DNA of 64,000 nucleotides from assembly GCA_032251275.1 (NCBI GenBank), contig JAVVEF010000001.1:46891-110890 (forward strand), read 5' to 3'. The number at the start of each line of letters is the position of its first letter. Within the stretch, counting starts at the first letter, position 1. This DNA is from Lutibacter sp. Its GTDB lineage: Bacteria; Bacteroidota; Bacteroidia; Flavobacteriales; Flavobacteriaceae. Position numbers and translations under genes: made by a program. This document shows positions 1 through 9,021 of the stretch, one piece after another. A model generated the notes under the pieces. The model was not told the DNA's origin. It was given only the letters and a program-made list of their open reading frames with translations, and did no database searches.

Positions 1-371
1 TTAATAAATTCTATGGTGAACGGATAATCGTAATATTCCCCATTGCTTGCTTTTATGCTGGCCGAAATAACTGTGGCAATGATTAAAATTATTACCGGAA
101 TAATTCCCAATAGTACGGCAACCATTCCCAATCCCAGCGTAAAAATTGTGAGTGGTATAATTAGCAATGCCAGTAAAAATGCGTAAAGCATTAAACTTAA
201 CTGAAAGTTTACGGCTGCTTTACCGTGCGTGTCTATATAAGCGCTTTCACTTTTTTTGGCCGACCATAATACGAAAGGCACAATCACATTTCCAAATGGA
301 AAAATCCATCCTGCAAAACTGCTTAAGTGTGTAATGGAGCTGTAAGTTTTATCATTTTGAGTGATCATCAT
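1..371 (-). CDS. DUF4870-family membrane protein (3' end runs off the window)
   Basis: Not in the ORF track. Hand translation from ATG at 371 gives MMITQNDKTYSSITHLSSFAGWIFPFGNVIVPFVLWSAKK...HGKAAVNFQLS...YDYPFTIEFI, with the characteristic HLS, HGK-A-NFQ and YP-I pattern; the frame is open to the window edge. Confidence 0.85.
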   Translation of the reverse strand, partial: MMITQNDKTYSSITHLSSFAGWIFPFGNVIVPFVLWSAKKSESAYIDTHGKAAVNFQLSLMLYAFLLALLIIPLTIFTLGLGMVAVLLGIIPVIILIIATVISASIKASNGEYYDYPFTIEFI

Positions 372-523
372 AATTGGTTTTATAAATACTTACACAAAGA
401 TATAAATTTTATATAGTATTATGCAAAACATAGTACTACTTTTTAACATAAAATTAACATATTGAAATATTGTATTTATGAAATATATATGATAAATAAA
501 TCATTTACAAGTATAATAATTCG

Positions 524-531
524 TATATTTG
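524..531 (+). promoter_or_regulatory. Bacteroidetes -7 promoter box (TAnnTTTG) upstream of the sensor kinase
   Basis: TATATTTG 28 nt upstream of ATG 560. Confidence 0.55.
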
Positions 532-559
532 GTATTAAAATAGCTATGAAACACATAAA

Positions 560-2641
560 ATGGATAAAGAAATGAAAAATCCAACTACATCCGACGAGAA
601 CAAATCAAAATTCCCTAACACTACAAAAAGCGAATTGTTAAATCGATTAAATGAACAAGAAAAATTAATTGATTCGCTTAAAGAAATTGAAAATAAATAC
701 CAAAACTTATTCAACAACTCTATTGACGGAATCTACAAAAGCACTGAAGAAGGTAAATTTATTGAGGTAAATGCTTCGTTGGTTGAAATGTTGGGTTATG
801 ATTCTAAGGAAGAATTGTTAAGCATAGATATTAAAACCCAGCTATATTTTGATGTTTCCGAAAGAGACCAGGAATTGAGTAATTTACAGAGAACTTTTAA
901 AAAAAGTGACATTTACCGCCTTCGTAAAAAGGATGGTACTGAAATTTGGGTGGAGGATCATGGAAGAAATGTGTATGATACCCTAGGAAAGGTTATCTAT
1001 TATGAAGGAATTTTAAGAGATGTTTCTGAAAAAAAGAAAAATGATGATGTACTGAATGTATTGCTGAAAATTTCCAGAAAGGCCAATGTCACCTCAAGTT
1101 TAAAGAAATTTGTCCAGTTAATTCAATCGGAATTGGGGCGTATTATTGACACCAGTAATTTTTATATTGCCTTTATCAACAGGGAAAAACAAACAATTAA
1201 TATCCCTTTTATTTCCGGGGAAGAATCTGAGGAGGAATTTCCTGCAGAAAAATCGATGACCGCACATTTAATAAATACCAATAAGTCCATATTTATTCAT
1301 GAAAAAGGCCTTAAAAAATTATTGGATCAACATATCATTAAACAAATAGGACCAATGTCAAAAGCTTGGCTTGGGGTTCCCCTAAGAGTTAATGATGAGG
1401 CCATAGGGGCCATCGTTGTTCAAAGTTATGAAAATAAAAATGCCTTTAAACAAAGCGATATTGAATTGTTGGAGTATGTGGCATCACACATCAGTTTGGC
1501 AATTCAGCGTAAAAAAATTCATCAGGAAACGCTTATCTCAAAACAAATTTTAAGAAAGGTGCTTGACCATATTCCAATCAATGTTTTTTGGAAAGATGCT
1601 GATTCTAATTTTTTAGGTGTCAACGCTATTTCTTTGAGGGAAATGGGATTGGAAAATGAAAGTGATGTTGTTGGCAAATCGGATGTTGATTTTTATGATA
1701 AAATGGATGCCGAAAAATATAGGAGAGATGAGCTGGCCATAATGCAATGTGGCAAGCCAAAATTAAATTATGAGGAATCTCATATTAAAAATGGAGAAAC
1801 AAGATGTTATGTATCCAATAAATTGCCAATTTTTGATGAAAAAAATCAGGTAATTGGCATTGTTGGTACTTCAGAGGATATTACCGAAAGAAGAAAAAAC
1901 CAATTGGAATTGGAAAAATTAACGAACGAATTAAAGATTCAGAATGATACAAAAAACAAATTTTTCTCCATTATATCTCATGATTTAATAAATCCTATTG
2001 CCGGAATAATTGGATTTTCTGAATTGCTAAAAGAGAATTCAGAGGATTTACATCCTGAAAAAATTAAATCTTTTGCAACCATTATTAATAAATCTGCCAA
2101 TTTTACCTTGGCTTTGCTCCACGATTTATTGGAATGGTCAAGAGTTCAAATAGGAAGTATTGAAGCTGAAAAGGAAGATTTTATATTAAGTCATTTATTG
2201 ACACATAATATTACGGGGGTAAATTCGCTTGTTTCTTCAAAAATTATTGATTTAAAATCTGATTTTTCAGAAAATTTGAGCGTTTTTGCAGATAAAAAAA
2301 TGGTTTCTACCATCACAAGAAATTTATTGTCGAATGCCATTAAGTTTACGCCAAAAAGAGGAACAATTACCGTTTCTTCAAAAGAAATTATGGTGAATGG
2401 CAAGAAAATGATAGAAACTGCTATTACTGATACCGGGATTGGAATGAGTGAGAAAAAAGTCAAAAATCTATTCAAAATTGAACATAATTATAGATCTGCA
2501 GGAACCGACAAGGAAGCGGGAACCGGTTTGGGTTTGGTTCTTTGCAATGAGTTCATCGAAAAAAATGGTGGCACTATTAAAGTGATAAGCAATGAAAATG
2601 TCGGTAGCAGTTTTATCTTTACTTTAGAAGCATCTTCTTAA
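560..2641 (+). CDS. Cytoplasmic PAS-GAF-PAS sensor histidine kinase
   Basis: PAS motifs (DGIY...G.FIEVN; IPINVFWKD), a GAF segment (WLGVPL...IGAIVVQSY), H-box SHDLINP, N-box NLLSNAIKFT, G1 DTGIGM and G2 GTGLGL; no TM helix. Confidence 0.92.
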   Translation: MDKEMKNPTTSDENKSKFPNTTKSELLNRLNEQEKLIDSLKEIENKYQNLFNNSIDGIYKSTEEGKFIEVNASLVEMLGYDSKEELLSIDIKTQLYFDVSERDQELSNLQRTFKKSDIYRLRKKDGTEIWVEDHGRNVYDTLGKVIYYEGILRDVSEKKKNDDVLNVLLKISRKANVTSSLKKFVQLIQSELGRIIDTSNFYIAFINREKQTINIPFISGEESEEEFPAEKSMTAHLINTNKSIFIHEKGLKKLLDQHIIKQIGPMSKAWLGVPLRVNDEAIGAIVVQSYENKNAFKQSDIELLEYVASHISLAIQRKKIHQETLISKQILRKVLDHIPINVFWKDADSNFLGVNAISLREMGLENESDVVGKSDVDFYDKMDAEKYRRDELAIMQCGKPKLNYEESHIKNGETRCYVSNKLPIFDEKNQVIGIVGTSEDITERRKNQLELEKLTNELKIQNDTKNKFFSIISHDLINPIAGIIGFSELLKENSEDLHPEKIKSFATIINKSANFTLALLHDLLEWSRVQIGSIEAEKEDFILSHLLTHNITGVNSLVSSKIIDLKSDFSENLSVFADKKMVSTITRNLLSNAIKFTPKRGTITVSSKEIMVNGKKMIETAITDTGIGMSEKKVKNLFKIEHNYRSAGTDKEAGTGLGLVLCNEFIEKNGGTIKVISNENVGSSFIFTLEASS

Positions 2642-2686
2642 TCAAAATCGGTGTTTTTTTTATAAATTGCCGAAAATTAAAATTTT

Positions 2687-3151
2687 ATGGGTGTTACAGT
2701 AAAAAAAATGAACCGATTTCTGATATTTAAATTGCCATCGGCCTATTTATGTGGCGTGCGGTTAAAAGAACTCGATAATGAAAAAACCATTGTTACCGTA
2801 ACACATCGATGGATTAACCAAAATCCGTTTAACTCTATGTATTTTGCAGTTCAGTCAATGGCGGCTGAACTAACCACAGGCGCTTTGGTGATTAAAAAAA
2901 TTAAAGAAAGTGGCAAGCAAATTTCTATGTTGGTGACCAACCACAACGGTACTTTTACTAAAAAGGCAGTTGGGAAAATAACTTTTACCTGTACCGATGG
3001 TCATTTGCTTGATGAGGCTTTAAAAAGAACCATTGAAACTGGTGAAGGACAAACTATTTTATTGAAATCGGTAGGCCTAAATGAAAATAACGAGCAGGTT
3101 TCTGCCTATGAATTTGAATGGAGCGTAAAATTGAAATCAAAACAATCATAA
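2687..3151 (+). CDS. Hot-dog fold thioesterase-like protein (DUF4442/YiiD-like)
   Basis: KLPSAYLCGVR...NQNPFNSMYFAVQSMAAELTTG pattern of Bacteroidetes DUF4442 proteins. Confidence 0.75.
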   Translation: MGVTVKKMNRFLIFKLPSAYLCGVRLKELDNEKTIVTVTHRWINQNPFNSMYFAVQSMAAELTTGALVIKKIKESGKQISMLVTNHNGTFTKKAVGKITFTCTDGHLLDEALKRTIETGEGQTILLKSVGLNENNEQVSAYEFEWSVKLKSKQS

Positions 3152-3216
3152 ATTTTATTACTTTTAAGAGGTTCAAAATATGAATTTATTTAAGTCAATC
3201 TAAAACACCTTCAAAA

Positions 3217-3627
3217 ATGTTATCCAAAAGAGCAAGATACGCTATCAAAGCACTGTTATTCCTTTATGAGAATAAAGAGAAAACACCAATTTCTGCAAAA
3301 TTAATTTCAGAAAATGAAAATATTCCCTATAAATTTCTTGAAAATATTCTTCGCGAATTGCGCCAGAGCAAGATTTTAAAAAGTGAACGTGGCGCAGGTG
3401 GAGGCTATAGGTTTTCAAAAGAGCCAAGCGAAATTACCATAGCCGATATCATTAGAATTATTGACGGTCCAATCGCTTTAATTCCTTGTGTTTCTTTAAA
3501 TTTTTATGAAAAATGCGATGAATGTGACGATGAAGCTACTTGTAAAATAAAAAAATTATTTGTTCAATTGCGTACTGAAATGTTGCCAATACTGAACAAA
3601 TCATTGGTTGAGGTAGAGCGATTATAA
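3217..3627 (+). CDS. Rrf2-family transcriptional regulator with three C-terminal Cys
   Basis: wHTH YAIKAL...IPYKFLENIL...S.RGAGGGY, DIIRIIDGPIA, and CVSLNFYEKCDECDDEATC. Confidence 0.93.
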   Translation: MLSKRARYAIKALLFLYENKEKTPISAKLISENENIPYKFLENILRELRQSKILKSERGAGGGYRFSKEPSEITIADIIRIIDGPIALIPCVSLNFYEKCDECDDEATCKIKKLFVQLRTEMLPILNKSLVEVERL

Positions 3628-3642
3628 ATTTTTTTAATTTTA

Positions 3643-3684
3643 TATCATATAAATTTGGTAGGATAAATATGTTTTATATATTTG
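3643..3684 (+). promoter_or_regulatory. Promoter (-33 TTTG 3654-3657, -7 TATATTTG 3677-3684) overlapped by an imperfect palindrome, putative Rrf2 operator
   Basis: 19-nt spacing fits the Bacteroidetes consensus; TATCATAT-N7-GTAGGATA at 3643-3665 spans the -33 box. Confidence 0.6.
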
Positions 3685-3710
3685 TCGAATCAAAAATCAA
3701 AAACTATAAA

Positions 3711-4793
3711 ATGAAAAAAATCTTTATCTCCTTATTTTTATTGATAATCAGTTTATCAATAAAAGCACAATCCAATGATGATTTAATTAACCTGTTAATC
3801 AAAAATGGTTCTATAACAAAACAACAAGGCGATTCATTGAAAGCAAAATCTTCTTCAGAAAAAAAAGCAAATTTTGTTGAGGTGGGCAGTAAAATAAAAT
3901 TGGCGGGTTATACACAATTGCGTTACAGGCAATTTGACGAACAGGGAAAAATAGATCAATTTGATATTCGCAGAGCGCGTCTTGATGTCAGAGGCGCAAT
4001 ATCCCCACGTTGGAATTATCGTTTGCAGGTTGAATTTGCAAATTCTGTGAAATTATTAGATGCCTACGCGGAATATAAACTCAACGATTATTTGAACGTT
4101 ACGCTTGGGCAGGCCAAAATTCCTTTTTCGCTTGAAAACCTAGCTTCATCATCAAAACTCGACCTTATTGACCGTTCTCAGGTAGTTGAGGCATTGGTTG
4201 GCAGAGGCAAGGATGTTATTGGTAATAACGGTGGTCGCGATATTGGCGTTCAGGTTGGCGGGACTATTTTTAAGTATGAAGGCAGGGCTTGTGTCGATTA
4301 TAAAATTGGTGTTTTTAACGGCCTAGGCATTAACACAGGCGACAATAACCAGCACAAAGACATTGCGGCCAGACTGATTATTCATCCAATTAAAGGGTTG
4401 GATATCAGTGGCGCTATTTATGACGGAGAGGCGAATATTGCTTCGGTAAATTCTAAACGCGACAGGTATGGGTTCGACCTAAACTATAACTGGCAAAATT
4501 GGGTTGTAAGCAGTGAGTATATTCATGGAGAAGACGGCCAAAAAACAAAAGAGGGGTTTTACCTTCAAACTGGCTATTATTTCTTGGATAAAAAATTGCA
4601 AATCGTTGCGAAATACGACACTTATGATGCTGATAAAGCAGTAAGCGACAATGCTTCAACTTTGTATGTTTTGGGCGCAACCTATAATTTCAACAACAAT
4701 GCGCGTTTTCAAATAAACTATACATTTAAAGATGAACAAGGCATTAGCGTGGATAATAATTATGCCGCAGCCCAGTTTCAAATTAGATTTTAA
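3711..4793 (+). CDS. Outer-membrane anion porin, OprO/OprP-like
   Basis: Signal peptide MKKIFISLF (start moved to 3711, downstream of the promoter), FDIRRARL, LLDAY, GQ.KIPFSLE.L.SS and GRDIG motifs, C-terminal Phe. Confidence 0.85.
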   Translation: MKKIFISLFLLIISLSIKAQSNDDLINLLIKNGSITKQQGDSLKAKSSSEKKANFVEVGSKIKLAGYTQLRYRQFDEQGKIDQFDIRRARLDVRGAISPRWNYRLQVEFANSVKLLDAYAEYKLNDYLNVTLGQAKIPFSLENLASSSKLDLIDRSQVVEALVGRGKDVIGNNGGRDIGVQVGGTIFKYEGRACVDYKIGVFNGLGINTGDNNQHKDIAARLIIHPIKGLDISGAIYDGEANIASVNSKRDRYGFDLNYNWQNWVVSSEYIHGEDGQKTKEGFYLQTGYYFLDKKLQIVAKYDTYDADKAVSDNASTLYVLGATYNFNNNARFQINYTFKDEQGISVDNNYAAAQFQIRF

Positions 4794-4840
4794 ACAACAA
4801 TTAAGTAATCAAAAATTCTAAATCCATTAAATTTATTAAA

Positions 4841-5797
4841 ATGAAAAAACTAAATTATATCATATTGGCGATAGCGATAACTTCCGTTTTCGTTTCTTGC
4901 GACACAAAGAAAAAAGAGGCTGTTGAGCCTGCCAGAGTAAGCTTATCTGGCGCATTTGCCTTGTATCCATTGGCAAATCAATGGGCTGATGAATACAACA
5001 AAGCAAATCCCGATAAGCAAATTAGGTTTGATATTCAGGCCGGTGGAGCCGGAAAGGGAATGGCCGATGCTTTGGGCGGCATTGTAGATTTAGGGATGTT
5101 TTCGAGGGAAATTACGCAGGCTGAAAAAGATAAAGGTGTTTGGTGGGTGGCCGTTACCAAAGATGCGGTAATTCCAACGATTAGTGCTGAGAATCCAGCG
5201 CTTGAAACTTTAAAGAAAAAAGGATTGACACAAGCTGAATTTAAAGCCATTTTTGTTGATAGAACCATCACCAATTGGAAACAACTTTCCGGAATTGAAA
5301 TTGATGCACCAATTAAAATATTTACGCGTTCCGATGCCTGTGGAGCCGCAGCAACTTGGGCGGCTTTTATTGATGCAAAACAAGAAGATTTAAAAGGTGT
5401 GGGTGTTTTTGGAGATCCAGGATTGGCAGAAGCCGTAAGCAAAGAGCCTGCCGGAATTGCCTATAATAATATTGTATATGCCTATGACATCAATACAGAA
5501 AAAAAACGTCCGGGAATTGAAGTGATTCCAATTGACATTAATGGTAATGGGACTATTGATGAAGATGAAAATTTCTATGAAAACGTAAGAAATTTACTTG
5601 ATGCAGTCGCAAAAGGAAAATTTCCTTCTCCGCCCGCAAGAGAACTTTATTTTGTGGCCAACGGAAAACCGCAAAACCAGGCGACAATAGATTTTTTGAA
5701 GTGGGTTTTAACAGATGGGCAACAATATGTGGTTCCGGCAGGTTATGTTACTTTAGAAGGAAAATATTTGAAAGAACAAGAAAATAAATTAAATTAG
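4841..5797 (+). CDS. pstS: PstS-family ABC substrate-binding lipoprotein with non-canonical ligand residues
   Basis: Lipobox VSC; PBP2 fold motifs GAFALYP, GGAGKG, GMFSR and TRSDACGA; located in a pstCAB-like operon. The ligand may not be phosphate. Confidence 0.8.
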   Translation: MKKLNYIILAIAITSVFVSCDTKKKEAVEPARVSLSGAFALYPLANQWADEYNKANPDKQIRFDIQAGGAGKGMADALGGIVDLGMFSREITQAEKDKGVWWVAVTKDAVIPTISAENPALETLKKKGLTQAEFKAIFVDRTITNWKQLSGIEIDAPIKIFTRSDACGAAATWAAFIDAKQEDLKGVGVFGDPGLAEAVSKEPAGIAYNNIVYAYDINTEKKRPGIEVIPIDINGNGTIDEDENFYENVRNLLDAVAKGKFPSPPARELYFVANGKPQNQATIDFLKWVLTDGQQYVVPAGYVTLEGKYLKEQENKLN

Positions 5798-5822
5798 TTT
5801 TAACAATTATACGTAAAATCAT

Positions 5823-5852
5823 AGATACATCTCCTTAATTGGAGGTGTATCT
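5823..5852 (+). promoter_or_regulatory. Intra-operon stem-loop after the binding-protein gene (mRNA stabiliser or attenuator)
   Basis: AGATACATCTCC-TTAATT-GGAGGTGTATCT, 12-bp stem with one G-U pair and no U-tract. Confidence 0.55.
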
Positions 5853-5873
5853 TAATTATTAAAAATTATCATT

Positions 5874-6512
5874 ATGGCACATTTAAGACTAGGGGATACC
5901 GCTCCAAATTTTACGGCGGAAACCACCGAAGGAAAAATTGAATTTCACAATTGGCTGGGCGTTAGCTGGGGAATTTTGTTTTCTCATCCGGCCGATTTCA
6001 CGCCTGTTTGCACCACAGAATTGGGTGCAACGGCAAAACTGAAAAACGAATTTGAAAAGCGCAACGTAAAAGTAGTCGCTTTAAGTGTAGATTCTTTGGA
6101 AAGTCACCACGAATGGATAAAAGATATTAATGAAACACAAAAAACAGAAGTGAATTTTCCAATTATTGCCGATCCCGACCAAAAAGTGGCTGAATTGTAC
6201 GGAATGATTCATCCAAATGCATCAGAAAAATTTACCGTGCGTTCTGTTTTCATTATTGGACCAGATAAAAAAATAAAATTGACCATTACTTATCCGGCTT
6301 CAACTGGAAGAAATTTCCAGGAATTGCTTAGGGTAATTGACAGTTTGCAATTGACCGCACACCACCAAATAGCCACGCCGGCAAACTGGCAAAAGGGTGA
6401 AGATGCTGTAATATCTCCTTCGGTTTCAGACGAGGAAGCCCAAAAACGTTTTCCGGGATTCAAAAAAATAAAACCTTATTTAAGAATTACCAAAACCAAT
6501 AATCTACAATAA
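5874..6512 (+). CDS. 1-Cys peroxiredoxin (Prx6/LsfA-like)
   Basis: LRLGD.APNF, W..LFSHPADFTPVCTTELG, YPASTGRNF and ATPANW; single Cys. Confidence 0.95.
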   Translation: MAHLRLGDTAPNFTAETTEGKIEFHNWLGVSWGILFSHPADFTPVCTTELGATAKLKNEFEKRNVKVVALSVDSLESHHEWIKDINETQKTEVNFPIIADPDQKVAELYGMIHPNASEKFTVRSVFIIGPDKKIKLTITYPASTGRNFQELLRVIDSLQLTAHHQIATPANWQKGEDAVISPSVSDEEAQKRFPGFKKIKPYLRITKTNNLQ

Positions 6513-6517
6513 TATAG

Positions 6518-7399
6518 ATGCGAAAATTTATTGATTCATTGTCAAGCGGCTGGATGCAAATTGCCATTTGGTTTGTGCTGTTGCTGCCGCTGATGATTGG
6601 ACTTGGCTTGGTTGTAAAATCAATGCCATTGTTGCAAGAAAATTCTTTGATCGGTATTTTAAGCAGCTCAACCTGGTCACCTATGAGAGGTGACTTTGGT
6701 TTTTTGCCCTTCATCATATCAACCATTTTGGTTACTGTAATTGCCACCGCCATTTCCATGCCTTTGTGTTTGCTTTCGGCCATTCATTTAACCCAATATG
6801 CGCCAAAATGGTTGTTGGGTTTTATGCATTCTGTTATAGATATTTTGGCGGGAATCCCGTCGGTGGTTTACGGCGTTTGGGGAATTTTGGTGATTGTTCC
6901 TTTTGTGGGCGACAATTTAGCGCCATTTTTTAATGCGGAATCCAGCGGTTACAGCATTTTGGCTGGTGCTTTAGTATTGGCGGTTATGACCATTCCTTAT
7001 GTGTTGAATATGCTTATTGAAGTTTTTAACAGCATTGCGGTTGAATACAAAGAAGCGTCACTTTCATTGGGCGCAACTTATTGGGAAACCATAAAATTTG
7101 TGGTGTTAAAAAAAGGTTTGTCTGGTATTCTTTCCGCTTTTGGATTGGGAATTTCAAAAGCATTGGGAGAAACTATTGCTGTGCTTATGGTGGTGGGAAA
7201 TGTAGTGCAATTTCCAAAGAGCGTTTTTGACGCGGGCTATCCTTTACCGGCTCTAATTGCCAATAATTATGGCGAAATGATGTCAATTCCTTTTTACGAT
7301 TCGGCTTTGATGCTGGCGGCATTGCTGCTTTTTATCATCGTTATATTTTTTAATGTTGCCGCAAGGTATCTCATACAAAAAACCACAGTTACGCAATGA
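6518..7399 (+). CDS. pstC: Pst-type ABC permease
   Basis: Multiple TM helices, LAGIPSVVYGVWG, EAA loop EASLSLGATYWET, and ALGETIAV. Confidence 0.9.
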   Translation: MRKFIDSLSSGWMQIAIWFVLLLPLMIGLGLVVKSMPLLQENSLIGILSSSTWSPMRGDFGFLPFIISTILVTVIATAISMPLCLLSAIHLTQYAPKWLLGFMHSVIDILAGIPSVVYGVWGILVIVPFVGDNLAPFFNAESSGYSILAGALVLAVMTIPYVLNMLIEVFNSIAVEYKEASLSLGATYWETIKFVVLKKGLSGILSAFGLGISKALGETIAVLMVVGNVVQFPKSVFDAGYPLPALIANNYGEMMSIPFYDSALMLAALLLFIIVIFFNVAARYLIQKTTVTQ

Positions 7400-8247
7400 T
7401 GAACAGGAAAAAAATTGAAGAACAGTTTTTTAGGCTATTGATGTCTTTGGTCACCGCATCCATCATTTTGGTATTGGTGTATATTTTTTATATCATTCTA
7501 AAAAAGGGATTGCCGTCTTTATCTTGGGATATGGTGAGCAGATTGCCCGAAGGCGGCTATTATTTTGGAAAAGAAGGCGGAATTTTAAATGCCATAATTG
7601 GCTCATTTTATATTTCGGTTTCAGCCACATTTTTAGCTTTTATTATCGGATTGCCGGTGGCGCTTTATATGAATGTTTATTTGGTTCGAAGGCCAAAATT
7701 TTTAACAATGACCCGATTTGTTTTAGACGCTTTATGGGGCGTTCCGTCTATTGTTTACGGAGCATTCGGATTTACCATAATGATTTATTTCGGATTAAGA
7801 ACTTCGTTATTGGCGGGAATAATTGCCGTAACCTTGCTTATTATTCCCATTATGATTAGGGCAATGGATGAGGTTTTGAGAACCATTCCCAAAGGTTTGA
7901 TGGAAGCTTCTTTGGCTCTGGGTTCCACAAAAACGGAAACGGCTTTTAAAGTTTTTTTCAAACAGGCTTTGCCCGGATTTATTACCGCCATTTTATTGTC
8001 TTTTGGACGTGGAATAGGCGATGCGGCTTCCGTATTATTTACGGCTGGATTTACAGATCATATTCCCGAAAAATTGACTGATCCGGTGGCAACGTTGCCT
8101 TTGGCCATCTTTTTTCAATTGGGATCGCCAATACCAGAAGTCCGTGAAAGAGCTTATGCCGCTGCAGTCATACTGATTGCCATTGTTTTCACCATTAGCC
8201 TTACGGCAAGATTGTTATCAAAAAAATTCAAAAAACACCAAGTATAA
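7396..8247 (+). CDS. pstA: Pst-type ABC permease
   Basis: GGILNAIIGS, GVPSIVYG, EASLALG, GRGIGD and TLPLAIF; ATGA overlap with pstC. Confidence 0.9.
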   Translation: MMNRKKIEEQFFRLLMSLVTASIILVLVYIFYIILKKGLPSLSWDMVSRLPEGGYYFGKEGGILNAIIGSFYISVSATFLAFIIGLPVALYMNVYLVRRPKFLTMTRFVLDALWGVPSIVYGAFGFTIMIYFGLRTSLLAGIIAVTLLIIPIMIRAMDEVLRTIPKGLMEASLALGSTKTETAFKVFFKQALPGFITAILLSFGRGIGDAASVLFTAGFTDHIPEKLTDPVATLPLAIFFQLGSPIPEVRERAYAAAVILIAIVFTISLTARLLSKKFKKHQV

Positions 8248-8249
8248 GA

Positions 8250-9002
8250 ATGGAAAGTGCAATTGTAATTAAAAATTTAAAAGTTTCTTCAAAAGAAAAA
8301 TTGATTTTAAAAGGAATCAATATCGAAATTCCCAAAAATAAATTGACGGTGCTTTTAGGACCATCCGGTTGCGGAAAAACAACTTTGTTTAAATGTTTGA
8401 ATCGGTTAACGGATTTATACCCTGAACTTAAAGTTGAAGGGAGCGTGTTTATTGGTGAAGACGATATTTTTCATACCAAACAAAATGTAACAGATTTACG
8501 TCAAAAAATGGGGCTTTTAAACCAAAAACCGTATCCCTTGCCTATGTCTATTTTTAAAAATGTGGCGTATGGATTAAAATTGAAAGGCGTAAAAGATAAA
8601 AAAATATTGGCAGAAAGGGTGGAAGTTTATTTAAAACAAGCCGCCCTTTGGGACGAGGTAAAAGATAGGTTAGATGATTCTGCCACAAAACTTTCAATAG
8701 GCCAACAACAGCGATTGTGCTTGGCAAGAGGCTTGGCCACAAATCCCGAAATCCTTTTGGCCGATGAACCTACTTCCGCATTGGATCCAATTTCGAGCAA
8801 AGCCATTGAAGAAAAGTTTTTGGAATTAAAGGAAAACTATACCGTAATTGTGGTTACCCATATTTTACGGCAGGCAAAACGATTGGCCGATCACGTTATT
8901 TTTATGTACGACGGACAAGTAATTGAGCAGGGAAGTCCCAAAGAATTGTTTGAAAATCCGCAAACGGAAACTTTGAAAAAATATATTCAGGTTGGATATT
9001 GA
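8250..9002 (+). CDS. pstB: Pst-type ABC ATPase
   Basis: Walker A GPSGCGKT, signature LSIGQQQRLC, Walker B LLADEPTSALDPIS, and VTH. Confidence 0.92.
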   Translation: MESAIVIKNLKVSSKEKLILKGINIEIPKNKLTVLLGPSGCGKTTLFKCLNRLTDLYPELKVEGSVFIGEDDIFHTKQNVTDLRQKMGLLNQKPYPLPMSIFKNVAYGLKLKGVKDKKILAERVEVYLKQAALWDEVKDRLDDSATKLSIGQQQRLCLARGLATNPEILLADEPTSALDPISSKAIEEKFLELKENYTVIVVTHILRQAKRLADHVIFMYDGQVIEQGSPKELFENPQTETLKKYIQVGY

Positions 9003-9021
9003 TTTTTTGTTGGTTGTTAAG

